The notes below the pieces were generated by a model. It searched no databases, was not told the DNA's origin, and was given only the letters and a program-made list of their open reading frames with translations. Position numbers and translations under genes: made by a program. 64,000 nucleotides of DNA from an uncultured Verrucomicrobiae bacterium (GTDB lineage: Bacteria; Verrucomicrobiota; Verrucomicrobiia; Limisphaerales; Palsa-1400): contig OY969763.1 of assembly GCA_963702845.1 (NCBI GenBank), forward strand, positions 512,001 to 576,000, read 5' to 3'. Each line of letters opens with the position of its first letter. The stretch's first letter is position 1. This document shows positions 22,689-32,400 of this stretch, piece after piece.

Positions 22689-23582
22689 CTATAACGCCAG
22701 CGCCAATTTGCTCTCGAGGATGTGTTTCATTTTGAGCGCAGCTTTCGGCGCGTATGCACCGCGGTTGTTGTTGAAAACCAAGTGCATCTCATCGAGAGAT
22801 TCGGAGAGCCGAATCGCGCGTTCGCCAATTTCTTCCAGTTCCTCGTCGGAATAATCGTAATCGAAACGTTCTGCCACTGTCTTGCCGGTGAGATATCCGC
22901 GCGCATTTCGTCCATGGGCACGCAAGTAGCCGACGCGTGGATGGGTCGTGATATCAATGTTCGGCATGAGCTTGAAATGTTCGACGGCAGGCGTGTCGAC
23001 GGCCACAAAAATGAGATGGCGCTGCTGGAAGAAATCGGTTGTCGCTTCGAGTTGCATGCCCTCGACCCAATCGCGATTGCGCAATTCAACCGCCAGTTTG
23101 TAATCTTGCAGCAGCGAGAGAAGATGTTCGAGTTCGTGAAGTTGATGTCGTCTTGGCCCGAACGACGGCGGCAACTGTAACAACAAAACCCCAAGTTTGC
23201 CTGAGCGTTCGAACGGCTCCAACGCTTCCAACGAACGGGTCACGACGGAATTCTCCATCGTAGGCGTGACTAGAACGCGGCCCTGAGAATCCAGTTCCGC
23301 ATCGTAACGCAAATCAGGCGGGAGAAAATCAGGACCGGTGCTATGCCGAGAAAGCAATCGATGCAGTTTTACGTTGAATGTGAAGTTGTCCGGCGTTTGG
23401 TCACACCAATGTTGGGTCGTGCGCCGATCCGGGATCGAATAGAAGGTTGAGTTGACCTCAACCATTTCAAAATGTTGAGCGTACCAGGGCAGTCGTTGAG
23501 ACGCAGGCAGGGTGGGCGGATACCACTCCGCGATATAACCCAAGTCCGACCAACTGGCCGTGCCCACCAGGATCTTCGACAT
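22689..23582 (-). CDS. DUF72 domain protein
   Basis: VGTASW, VEVNSTFY, LLQLPPSF, AVELRN, YLRAHGRN, YDYS..EL, FNNN. Confidence 0.92.
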   Translation of the reverse strand: MSKILVGTASWSDLGYIAEWYPPTLPASQRLPWYAQHFEMVEVNSTFYSIPDRRTTQHWCDQTPDNFTFNVKLHRLLSRHSTGPDFLPPDLRYDAELDSQGRVLVTPTMENSVVTRSLEALEPFERSGKLGVLLLQLPPSFGPRRHQLHELEHLLSLLQDYKLAVELRNRDWVEGMQLEATTDFFQQRHLIFVAVDTPAVEHFKLMPNIDITTHPRVGYLRAHGRNARGYLTGKTVAERFDYDYSDEELEEIGERAIRLSESLDEMHLVFNNNRGAYAPKAALKMKHILESKLALAL

Positions 23583-23848
23583 AGTTCCTCCTAACGTGGA
23601 AACTCTCACGCTGCTTTACTTGTTACGCAACTGATTTCCCGCGTTAACCATCCGCTTCCTTCGGAACTACCCTCGCTCTCAATCCGTATTTCAAAAGTGG
23701 TGAGGCGATTGAAAGGGGCTTCAGCGAAGAGCAGATAGTCCCGTCATATATTCCGGCTCGGTCGACTGATGTCTTTGTGACTTTTTTACTCAGCCTTTCC
23801 GAACTGCGTCCTTTCGCCAGCAGGTGAATTGCTGTTTACTGTTCGGTG

Positions 23849-24953
23849 ATGCAGTTAGGTCCGCTTCAGCTTAAATCGAATCTTTTTCTGTCGCCTTTGG
23901 CCGGTTATACCAACCTGCCATTCCGGCTGACTTTGCGGGAAGTTGGCGGCCTGGACCTTTGTCACGACGGACCTCGTTAACGCGCGATCTTTGTTGGAAA
24001 AGAATCCGAAAGCTTTGAAGCTGATCGAAACGTCTCCAGCCGACCGTCCGCTTGCAGTGCAATTGTTCGGGTCCGTTCCAGAAGAAATGCGTGACGCCGC
24101 CGCTTACCTCGAGTCCATCGGCATCTCCTCTGTCGACATCAACATGGGTTGTCCCGTTCGCAAAGTCTGCAAAGTCGGCGGCGGTTCGGCGATGATGACC
24201 GAGATGGATAAGACGGCGGCGCTGGTCAGGGGAATGGTTGATGTCGTTAAAATCCCAGTTACAGCAAAGATGCGACTTGGTTGGGACGACCAAAACCTGA
24301 CTGCGCCCGATCTGGCGCGCGTCCTGGAGGATGCTGGTGTCTCCGCCATTTTTGTTCATGGCCGAACGCGTGAACAAGGGTTCGGTGGCCGCGTCAATCT
24401 CGCGGGAATCCGCGCAGTTGTTAAGGCCGTGAAACGCATTCCAGTGATCGGCAATGGCGACGTGACGACTCCGCAGGCGGCGAAGATGATGTTCGATGAA
24501 ACCGGCTGTGCTGCGGTGAGCATCGGCCGTGGCGCTTTCTACAATCCTTGGATTTTTCTTCACGCAGCTCACTACGTCAGCACCGGTGAGTTGTTACCAG
24601 AACCGAGCTTTAACGAACGCGTGCGCGTCATGTGCCGGCATTTGGATTTGATGATCGAAGTGTTCGGTGAAACGCATGGTTGCCGGATGTTTCGCAAAGT
24701 GGGGCCGTGGTATTCGAAGCGATTTGGGCCCGCGAACGATTTCAACAAACGCATCGTTCAGCTTTCGACGAAAGCCGAATTTTACGAACTGCTGGAAAAC
24801 TACCGACGTTGGCGCGCGCAGTTTGTTGACGAGAACGGCGACCTCCAAGCGCGCTACCAGCCGCCACCCATGGTTGCGTCTTTCATGCAGGAAGCCGGCG
24901 TGGCTCACAGGCAGGTCATTCCCGTGCCGAAAGGTCCAGTCGAAGTTTGGTGA
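23849..24953 (+). CDS. dusB: tRNA-dihydrouridine synthase DusB-type; one frameshift near 23960
   Basis: Upstream frame MQLGPLQLKSNLFLSPLAGYTNLPFR joins ORF 23943-24953 (VQLFG, DINMGCP, VHGRT, IGNGDV, IGRGA). Confidence 0.85.
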
Positions 24954-25072
24954 TGTGGCCCTACGCGCGATTGAAGAGCGCGCGTGTACGTAGCAATTCC
25001 GTGAGTTGGAATTGCGGTGAAAACTGCTGGCGCCGAGGGCGCGCTTCCGAAGATTTCCCTGCTGCCGAAAAC

Positions 25073-25342
25073 TTAGGCTGCTTTGACTTTATTCAAACGA
25101 ATCGTCAGGCGCGATTTCTTGCGGCTGGCGTTCGAGGCATGGACGACACCGCGCTTAGCCGCTTTGTCCAACGCAGCAGTCAAAATGCGAAGGGCCTTGG
25201 TGGCGTCGTCCTTTTTCCCGGCGGTCACGAAAGCCGCGTAGTTCGTTTCCAAAGTGTGCAAGCGCGCTTTTTCGCTGTGATTGCGCGTTTGTTTACGCGC
25301 GCTGTTGCGCATGCGCCGCTCGGCTGATTTCGTATTAGGCAT
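25073..25342 (-). CDS. rpsT: 30S ribosomal protein S20
   Basis: MPNTKSAERRMR...LDKAAKRGVVH..NASRKKSRL. Confidence 0.98.
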   Translation of the reverse strand: MPNTKSAERRMRNSARKQTRNHSEKARLHTLETNYAAFVTAGKKDDATKALRILTAALDKAAKRGVVHASNASRKKSRLTIRLNKVKAA

Positions 25343-25364
25343 AACTTAAATTTAAGGAACGGTT

Positions 25365-25392
25365 ACGGTAACCAAAGGGTTTGATTTGTCAA
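25365..25392 (-). promoter_or_regulatory. rpsT promoter TTGACA-N16-TACCGT
   Basis: Plus strand tgtcaa at 25387-25392 and acggta at 25365-25370, 22 nt before the ATG. Confidence 0.6.
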
Positions 25393-25402
25393 CGCCGGGC
25401 TA

Positions 25403-28228
25403 GTGGGTAGAATGACCCTCGCCCCTAAAGCCGTGATGCCAAGACAAACCATCGAGAAACAGCAGGATAAGGCACAACGGCATCCGGCGGTTCCGCTGTT
25501 TATCGCAGTTTTGGCTTCAATTCTGTTTGGCCCTTGGATGATTTGGGCCGATTCGGCCAGCACCAATCAGATCGGCCAAGGCGTTGTTTACATGCGTTTT
25601 ACGTATAAAAACCTCTACACGTCGACCCAACAGGTTTATGTCGTTGACGTTAATCTGAACGATTCTTCTCCGTCGGTCCGCACTCCTTTTCGCACCGGCG
25701 GCGCAACGCGCACTGTCAGTCAACATGCCGCAACCGTTCCCGGAGCGGTCGCATGTGTTAATGGCGATTTTTTCTCCGGCACAGGTGGGACGCAATTTCT
25801 CAAAGTTAACGGCGTGATCGTCAACGGAACACAATCGGGCGCGCAAGATCAGCAGGCACTTATTAATGACGGACTCGGCCCAAATAGTGCCAGTATCGTG
25901 AGCCGTCCGCCCATTACGGGCACATGGTCGAACCTGAACGTTTCCAATATCATTGCTTGCGGGCCGGGCTTGATTCAGGACGGAGTTCCGGTAACGCAGT
26001 GCGATGACGGAGGCAGTTTTTGTGGTCGTAATCCCCGCACCGCTGGCGCGTGGACATTTAATAATCACCTACTTCTGTTTGTCATTGATGGACGTTCTTC
26101 AGTTGCAGCCGGAATGAGCCTAGTTGAGTTGCGGGATTATATTGCTGCATTCGCGCCCGTCCGCCAGGCGGTTAACTTCGATGGCGGCGGATCGAGCACG
26201 ATGTGGATTTCCAGTGGTGTGCAAAACGTTCCGTCCGATGGAATTCAGCGAGGGGTGGCGAACGCCATCGCGATCGCTGCGGCAGCGCCAGCGGTTCCGG
26301 CAACGCCAATTAACTTGGTCGCCGTTCTTAGGGGCGAAAACATTTTATTGGAATGGCCGGTTTCCTCGGGTGCGATGAGTTACACGATAAAACGCTCAAC
26401 TACTAACGGCGGTCCTTACGGCGTTATCGGTTCGTCAATTGATGCTCGGTTTACCGACACAAATATAGTTATCGGCAAAACTTACTACTACGTTGTTCGA
26501 GCCGTGAACCAACTCGGTCAAAGCGTTGATTCGACTTCCGTTAAAGTCGATACGTCGCAAGTCGCAGCGGCGCCAAATTATCCATACGCGGATACAGTGA
26601 TTGGGTTGGGAGCTGTTGGCTATTGGCCTCTACAGGAAACGAATGTTCCGGCAAGTTTTGCGATGGAGACGAACCTTGGGACGTTGGGATTTGCGGGCGA
26701 TGCCATTTACGCCGCGACAAATTCCAGCGCCGTCACGTTCGGCATGGACAGCGCGCTCGCATCTGACAACGCCAACCGATCGGTGCTTTTTAATTCCGCA
26801 AGGATAGACAGCTACGCCTTTGTTCCGCGCACGACTCCGGCATTGACGATCAAGCCGCCGTTCTCGCTGGAATGTTGGGTTAACCCCTCGGCAACGGCTT
26901 CCACGCAAGACCTCATTTCGTTGGGCGGCTCGGGCAAAAACAGCCCGGCGGGTTCTGGCAATTATGCCGGGTTCAGATTGTCGTTTGGCGGCGGCGCATC
27001 GGACGGCCACACGTTGCAATTCTTCGCTTATACCGGTAACGGCGTTGTGTACAATGTTGGGAGTACTAACATCCAAACCCCGGCTGAATCCGTTTCCGTT
27101 GGACAATGGCATCACTGTGTCGCGACCTACGACGGCACCACCGTCCTTTTGTATGTTGACGGCCAATTGCAGATGACCGGAAAAACTTCGATGGCGATCG
27201 ACACGTGGTCGCCTCTGACAATCGGCACGGGTCGCTGGCAAGGAAAACCGACCCGCGGTTATTGCGGCATGTTGGACGAAGTCGCCATTTATACAAACGT
27301 GCTCGGGTCGTCGGCCATCATTGCTCATTACAACATCGCAACTAATGCCGGCGCATCTTATCGGGACACCATCTTAAGTCAGCATCCGCTGCTCTATTAC
27401 CGAATGGATTGCGCGGGCTATGTCGCTCCTGACCTTGTCCTGAATCCGATTGCGCGCAACCTCGGCTCGTCCCAAATCAATGGATTTTATCAGCAAGGCT
27501 CTGAGGCCAGTGCGACGTCGGGGCCAGCATTGGTCGGATTTGGAACAAGCAGTTTATCCGTGGCTCTCAATGGCGTCTTCAGCTGTGTTAATGCAGGTTT
27601 TCATCCCGATTCCAATCCGACCGGCACTCAATCCTTCTCAATCGCCGCATGGTTCCAAACCTATCCCTCCGACGGCTCGGTGCAGACCATAATGAGCCAT
27701 GGCACAAATTCGTGGAGTTTGAACCTCGATGGCACGACCGGCAAATTGGTGTGGAACTCCGGTGCTGGAAACGTCACATCGTCTTCCGTTTTGAACGACG
27801 GCGTTTGGCATCAGGTTGTCGCTGTCCATAATGCCTCGGTGAACATTCTTTATATAGATGGAACGCTTCGAAATTCAGCAGCGGCATCGGGCGCGGTTGT
27901 GGGCAATGTGGTTGACGACGTTTTTATTGGCGGGGATCCAGAATTCCTCAACGTCACCGGTGGGGAGCGATTTTTCGCGGGCGCTGTCGCACAAGCTGCT
28001 TTTTTCACAAATGCGCTAACCACTGCGCAGGTGCAACAGCTCTACGTTGCTGCCACGGTTCCAATGATCAGCAGCCAATTCTCCGGCGGCCAGTTCATTA
28101 TCAATTATTCCGGCACGCTTCTTTCCTCGACAAATCTGACCGGCCCATACACCTCGGTCTCTGCCGCCACATCACCCTACGCGACAACTCCAACGGGCGC
28201 GCAGATGTTCTACCGAACAAGCAACTGA
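25403..28228 (+). CDS. Phosphodiester glycosidase (NAGPA-like) + FN3 + two LamG-like domains; start codon uncertain
   Basis: VNGDFF, RNPRTA, VIDGR, NFDGGGSSTM, R.VANA; FN3 YYYVVRAVN; LamG WHHCVATYDG..LYVDG and WHQVVAV..LYIDG; C-terminal STNL...FYR. Confidence 0.88.
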   Translation: MGRMTLAPKAVMPRQTIEKQQDKAQRHPAVPLFIAVLASILFGPWMIWADSASTNQIGQGVVYMRFTYKNLYTSTQQVYVVDVNLNDSSPSVRTPFRTGGATRTVSQHAATVPGAVACVNGDFFSGTGGTQFLKVNGVIVNGTQSGAQDQQALINDGLGPNSASIVSRPPITGTWSNLNVSNIIACGPGLIQDGVPVTQCDDGGSFCGRNPRTAGAWTFNNHLLLFVIDGRSSVAAGMSLVELRDYIAAFAPVRQAVNFDGGGSSTMWISSGVQNVPSDGIQRGVANAIAIAAAAPAVPATPINLVAVLRGENILLEWPVSSGAMSYTIKRSTTNGGPYGVIGSSIDARFTDTNIVIGKTYYYVVRAVNQLGQSVDSTSVKVDTSQVAAAPNYPYADTVIGLGAVGYWPLQETNVPASFAMETNLGTLGFAGDAIYAATNSSAVTFGMDSALASDNANRSVLFNSARIDSYAFVPRTTPALTIKPPFSLECWVNPSATASTQDLISLGGSGKNSPAGSGNYAGFRLSFGGGASDGHTLQFFAYTGNGVVYNVGSTNIQTPAESVSVGQWHHCVATYDGTTVLLYVDGQLQMTGKTSMAIDTWSPLTIGTGRWQGKPTRGYCGMLDEVAIYTNVLGSSAIIAHYNIATNAGASYRDTILSQHPLLYYRMDCAGYVAPDLVLNPIARNLGSSQINGFYQQGSEASATSGPALVGFGTSSLSVALNGVFSCVNAGFHPDSNPTGTQSFSIAAWFQTYPSDGSVQTIMSHGTNSWSLNLDGTTGKLVWNSGAGNVTSSSVLNDGVWHQVVAVHNASVNILYIDGTLRNSAAASGAVVGNVVDDVFIGGDPEFLNVTGGERFFAGAVAQAAFFTNALTTAQVQQLYVAATVPMISSQFSGGQFIINYSGTLLSSTNLTGPYTSVSAATSPYATTPTGAQMFYRTSN

Positions 28229-28231
28229 AAA

Positions 28232-29380
28232 TCAGAGTAGTTTGCGAGGGGCCCCGAGAAGTTTGCGGGTATCCCCACCAACAGCGGTCTCCCAGTGGCC
28301 AAACCTGTCCGCGGGCAGTGGGGTGCCTTCAGCATAAACCAGGTAAACGGTATGGTGCGACGTTGACCAGGCGCGTTCTACGTCTGAGCGCTTATATATG
28401 TGGCGAACGTGTTGACCTTTTTGCAGGTTTGTCGCGGGGTCGTTGATCACGACGTCGCCGTTTTCGGTGAATCCGATGCAAACGACCAGGTGACCGTTGC
28501 CAGTGGCGTTGCGATCGGGCGCGAGCAGGTTGTATGGCGCTGAGATGATGACCGGTAGCCCCGCAACGATCCAATCCTCCAATTCGGAGATGCCGCTGAA
28601 TCGGCTGACATAGGCGCGCATGCCGGGGAATTTTCCAGCCAATGCAGTGTTGAACGGCCAATTGCCGGTACCGCCAAAATTCGGATCGTAAATAGATGCG
28701 GCGACTTCAGGCACGTCGAGCGCCAACTCGGGCTGATCCAGGCGTTGGCTCCAGTGACCCAGCACCATGCTCAACGACGTCGGACTGCACCAACCTTTTT
28801 CTTGTGGATACGAGTTCTGCGATTTTTCCGGGACCGTTAAGATTTTGCCCCAAGCGGCGCGATTCGGCGGCAACGTGGCGACTTTTACGGTGGTGTCCAG
28901 AAACGAGAGCCCAATCGACTTCAACTGAGGGGCCGCCTGGTTTGCCGCACCGTGGAGCGTGATGCGCACTTGCACTGCACCGGCCTTTTGGTTGAGTACC
29001 AACGTGTCAGATTTCACCTTCGCGTCGGCGTCGTTCTGTCCGGTGAGACTGGTGCGCTCGTGCTTCGCAGTGTCTTCGGACCAGATGCCCATGGTGTAGA
29101 ATTTTGTTTTGTGACCTGGTTGCAGCGCTTGCACCTCCAGTTGAATCCAGGTGCCTGACGGCGTGACCGAGTTCCACGAGAGCACAAATTCGTTCCACGA
29201 AATCGGTGATTTGATGATGGGCGACGTCAGCGTCGTTGCCTCGCCGGTTGTCGTCTGCGTAAAGTTGTTAAAATTTGTGAGGCCGAGAAACCGCGCCTGC
29301 TCTTCCGGACTTCCGCAAAAAGCGGACGTGATGAACGAGAGCAGACACGACAAGATGAGAACCGCCGGACGCAAATTCAT
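28232..29380 (-). CDS. Secreted peptidase C39-like family protein
   Basis: Signal peptide; SQ....WCSPTS, GTGNWPFN, GHLVV..GF, VINDPA (Cys-His-Asp triad). Confidence 0.88.
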   Translation of the reverse strand: MNLRPAVLILSCLLSFITSAFCGSPEEQARFLGLTNFNNFTQTTTGEATTLTSPIIKSPISWNEFVLSWNSVTPSGTWIQLEVQALQPGHKTKFYTMGIWSEDTAKHERTSLTGQNDADAKVKSDTLVLNQKAGAVQVRITLHGAANQAAPQLKSIGLSFLDTTVKVATLPPNRAAWGKILTVPEKSQNSYPQEKGWCSPTSLSMVLGHWSQRLDQPELALDVPEVAASIYDPNFGGTGNWPFNTALAGKFPGMRAYVSRFSGISELEDWIVAGLPVIISAPYNLLAPDRNATGNGHLVVCIGFTENGDVVINDPATNLQKGQHVRHIYKRSDVERAWSTSHHTVYLVYAEGTPLPADRFGHWETAVGGDTRKLLGAPRKLL

Positions 29381-29444
29381 GGCGTATTGTAAACGGGAAT
29401 TGCAGCAGAAGTGCGATACTTTTTTGTGGTGCCGAATGGCGTGG

Positions 29445-32400
29445 CTATTTCGCGCTCAGATAGGCGATTAAATCGGCCATCGCCTGATGGCTTAAAGCTT
29501 TTTCCAATCCTTCTGGCATCAGGGATAATCCAGAGCTGGTCAGCGATACGAGGTCGGTGCGAAGGACGGCTTCTTCGGTCCCGCCGGAGCTTTTAATTGT
29601 AATGCTGGTTGGGGTTTCGGCGGCGATGACGCCGGTCAGTTCGCGATCATTTTTCGTAACAGCCGTGTAGCTGAGATACCGTGACTCGATCGCCTGATTG
29701 GGATCCAGAATCGCCACGAGCAATGTCTGCACGGATTTGTTGCCGAGTGCGCCGAGGTCAGGACCAACCGCTTTGCCTTGCCCTTTGAAAAAATGGCAGG
29801 TGATGCAGTTTTGTTTAAACAAGTTAGCACCACGCTTTGCGTCACCTTTCAGAGACGCGACGTCCTGATAGTCCTCCACCAATTTTTTGCGGTTCGGATT
29901 TGCAGAGGCAAAGATTTTTTTCGCCCGTGAAATTACTGTAGGTTGAACGTGCGTAAGCAATTTCTGTTGGAAGGCCGGCGCGATCTGGCCGGGAGGAATC
30001 GAACCCTTCTCAAGTCGATCGAGCAATTGCTTGGTCCATCCGAGTCGCGACAGAATTGCGTTCATGATTTCGACACGTGTTTCGGGCAGATAACTTTTCC
30101 ACCCATCCAACATAACGTCGGCGGTGAGAGGGATGCGACTGCGTCGGAGTGTAGCGAGTGCAATTTTTCGGGAGCCAGGAGCGCTCGTGCCGCTTAGAAA
30201 TGAGCCAAGCAGTTTGACATCATCGCTCTGCGCCGAGAGCCCGCGGCCGAAGAGACGCAAGGCTGCCGTTTGATCCGCTTTATGTGAGGCCGGATTGCTG
30301 GCGATCAACCGCGCCTCGGCAAATAACGGCTCCAAACGCTCTGTCGTCATCTTGAGACTTGCTGGCGCGGACTCGTGAAACTTCTTCAACGAAATATTGC
30401 GGCGATCCAATGCATCGAGAAAACCCGCCAGCGCGGAAATCTGCCACGTTTCGATTTTGCCATTCACTGGTTGTGCGATTTTCACCAGCGCGGTTTCGAA
30501 TGCTTTCGAATCGTCCATGGCCGTGGCGAGGCCAACAAGTTGTTCGACGACGTTGCCTGGCGGTTTCGGCGCAGATAAAACCGTCGCCAGCATCTCTCCG
30601 ACGTGATTGGTCGCTGAACTCATCACTGCGATTTGGATTGGCTCGGATTTCGCATTGCGCAGGGCGATTTTTGCCAGGGCTTCTCCAGCGCGCGGGTTAC
30701 TTGAGTAGCCGAGCGCAAACGCAACCTGGTAGCGAACGCGTATGCTGGGATCATCGGCCAAGGCTAGCAGCGCCGTTTCCAATTCCTTGTTCGGCGCACC
30801 CGCGTTTTCGATTAGAAACGAATCACACATGTGTGCAGCATGTTCGCGTATCGATGCGTACGGGTCTTTTAACGCGGCGGTCACAATCGTTGGGCTTAGC
30901 GCATGGAGTGCGCGCAATGTGTAGAGCGTGTGAACGCGACCGCGCGTCGGCGCTTTTCCCACTCGACGCGTGATGCCGTTCCAGAACTCAGCTTGCTGAC
31001 TTTGGATAAACTGCTTTTCGAGCAACTTAACGACGTTCGTATTCGCGCGCTCGGTCAACAAACGTTGCGCCGTGTCGCGCTGCCAGCCGTTCGGCGACTC
31101 CAGTTCGGCGCACAATTCAGCGTCCATCATTTTCTCCATGTTTGGAATGGGACGCAGTTTCGCTTTCACGGGATAGACGCGGTAAATGCGGCCTTTGTCG
31201 GCGCCAGCCCGCAAATCGTACTGCTTCTGAATTACGGACGGAATCCATTCCGGATGTTCGATGACGAGCCGATACATGTCGGCGACGTAGAGCGCGCCGT
31301 CGGGACCGGTCTTTATTTGCGTGGGTCGAAACCAATTGTCGCGCGACGTTAAAAATTCGCGATGAAGTTCGGTTTTCGCGCGGTGACTTTTGAACGTAAC
31401 GCCATCGGCTTCGAGTTCCTCGCGGTGAACGAGATTATGAACCGGTTCGCTGATAAATACGCTATGTGGGAAGTCTGGCCCGAACAGTTCATCGCGGTAC
31501 GGCGTCGGACTATTGCCTGACGTGAGATGATTCGCGCCGTTCGGATCGTTGAAGCGTTGCAGCGTTTTGCTCGTTGGATAAACGCGTGTGCCGTTGGTGT
31601 ATTTCGCCAGTAGTTGATACGTCTGGCTGACGGATAAGTGCGGATTGCGCGTGAGATATTCGATCGGCAGGAAATAGTGCCACAGCATTGTCGCGTTGTT
31701 GTTGCCAAACCAATTGCCCCAGTCATCGCGGTGGCGTCCGAATTGTGTTTCGCCTGCTTGCGTTTCGAACTCGCCCATATCCGGATTTAAACGAAAATCG
31801 CGGCCGCCGATGTCGACTCCCTTTGGTAAATCATCAACTGATTTTTGAAGTCCGCCAATACTGCTAATGGATCCACCGCTGTCGCCGTTTGCCCCATAGA
31901 GCCAGCCATCCAAACCGTAATCGAAACCATTGGCGCGATGTTGTTGATTACCTTCGTTGAAACCAGTGAAGAGCGTCTTGCGAACGTCAGCTTCGCCGTC
32001 GCCGTCCGTGTCTTCCGCGTAAAAAATTTCCGGCGCGGCACTGACAATCACGCCTTTGCGCCATGGATAGATGCCATTCGGAAAATTCACGCCTTCGAGG
32101 AACACCGTGGATTTGTCGTAAATTCCATCGCCGTTCGTGTCCTCAAGGAATCGGATGATGCCGCCGGGTTTTCCTTTGCCGTCGATGCCGAGCGGGTAAT
32201 CGCCCATTTCAACAACCCACAGTTTTCCATCGGCACCCCACTCGAACGCGACTGGGCTTTTCGTCAGCGGTTCGCTCGCGACCAGTTCCACTTTGAAACC
32301 AGGGACGGGGCTCATGCACGCGAGCGAGGCTTTTGGTGATTTTGGCTTTGGTTGGCCAAAGGTTATCAGGTCGTGAAACGAGTAACGACTGACGACCTGG

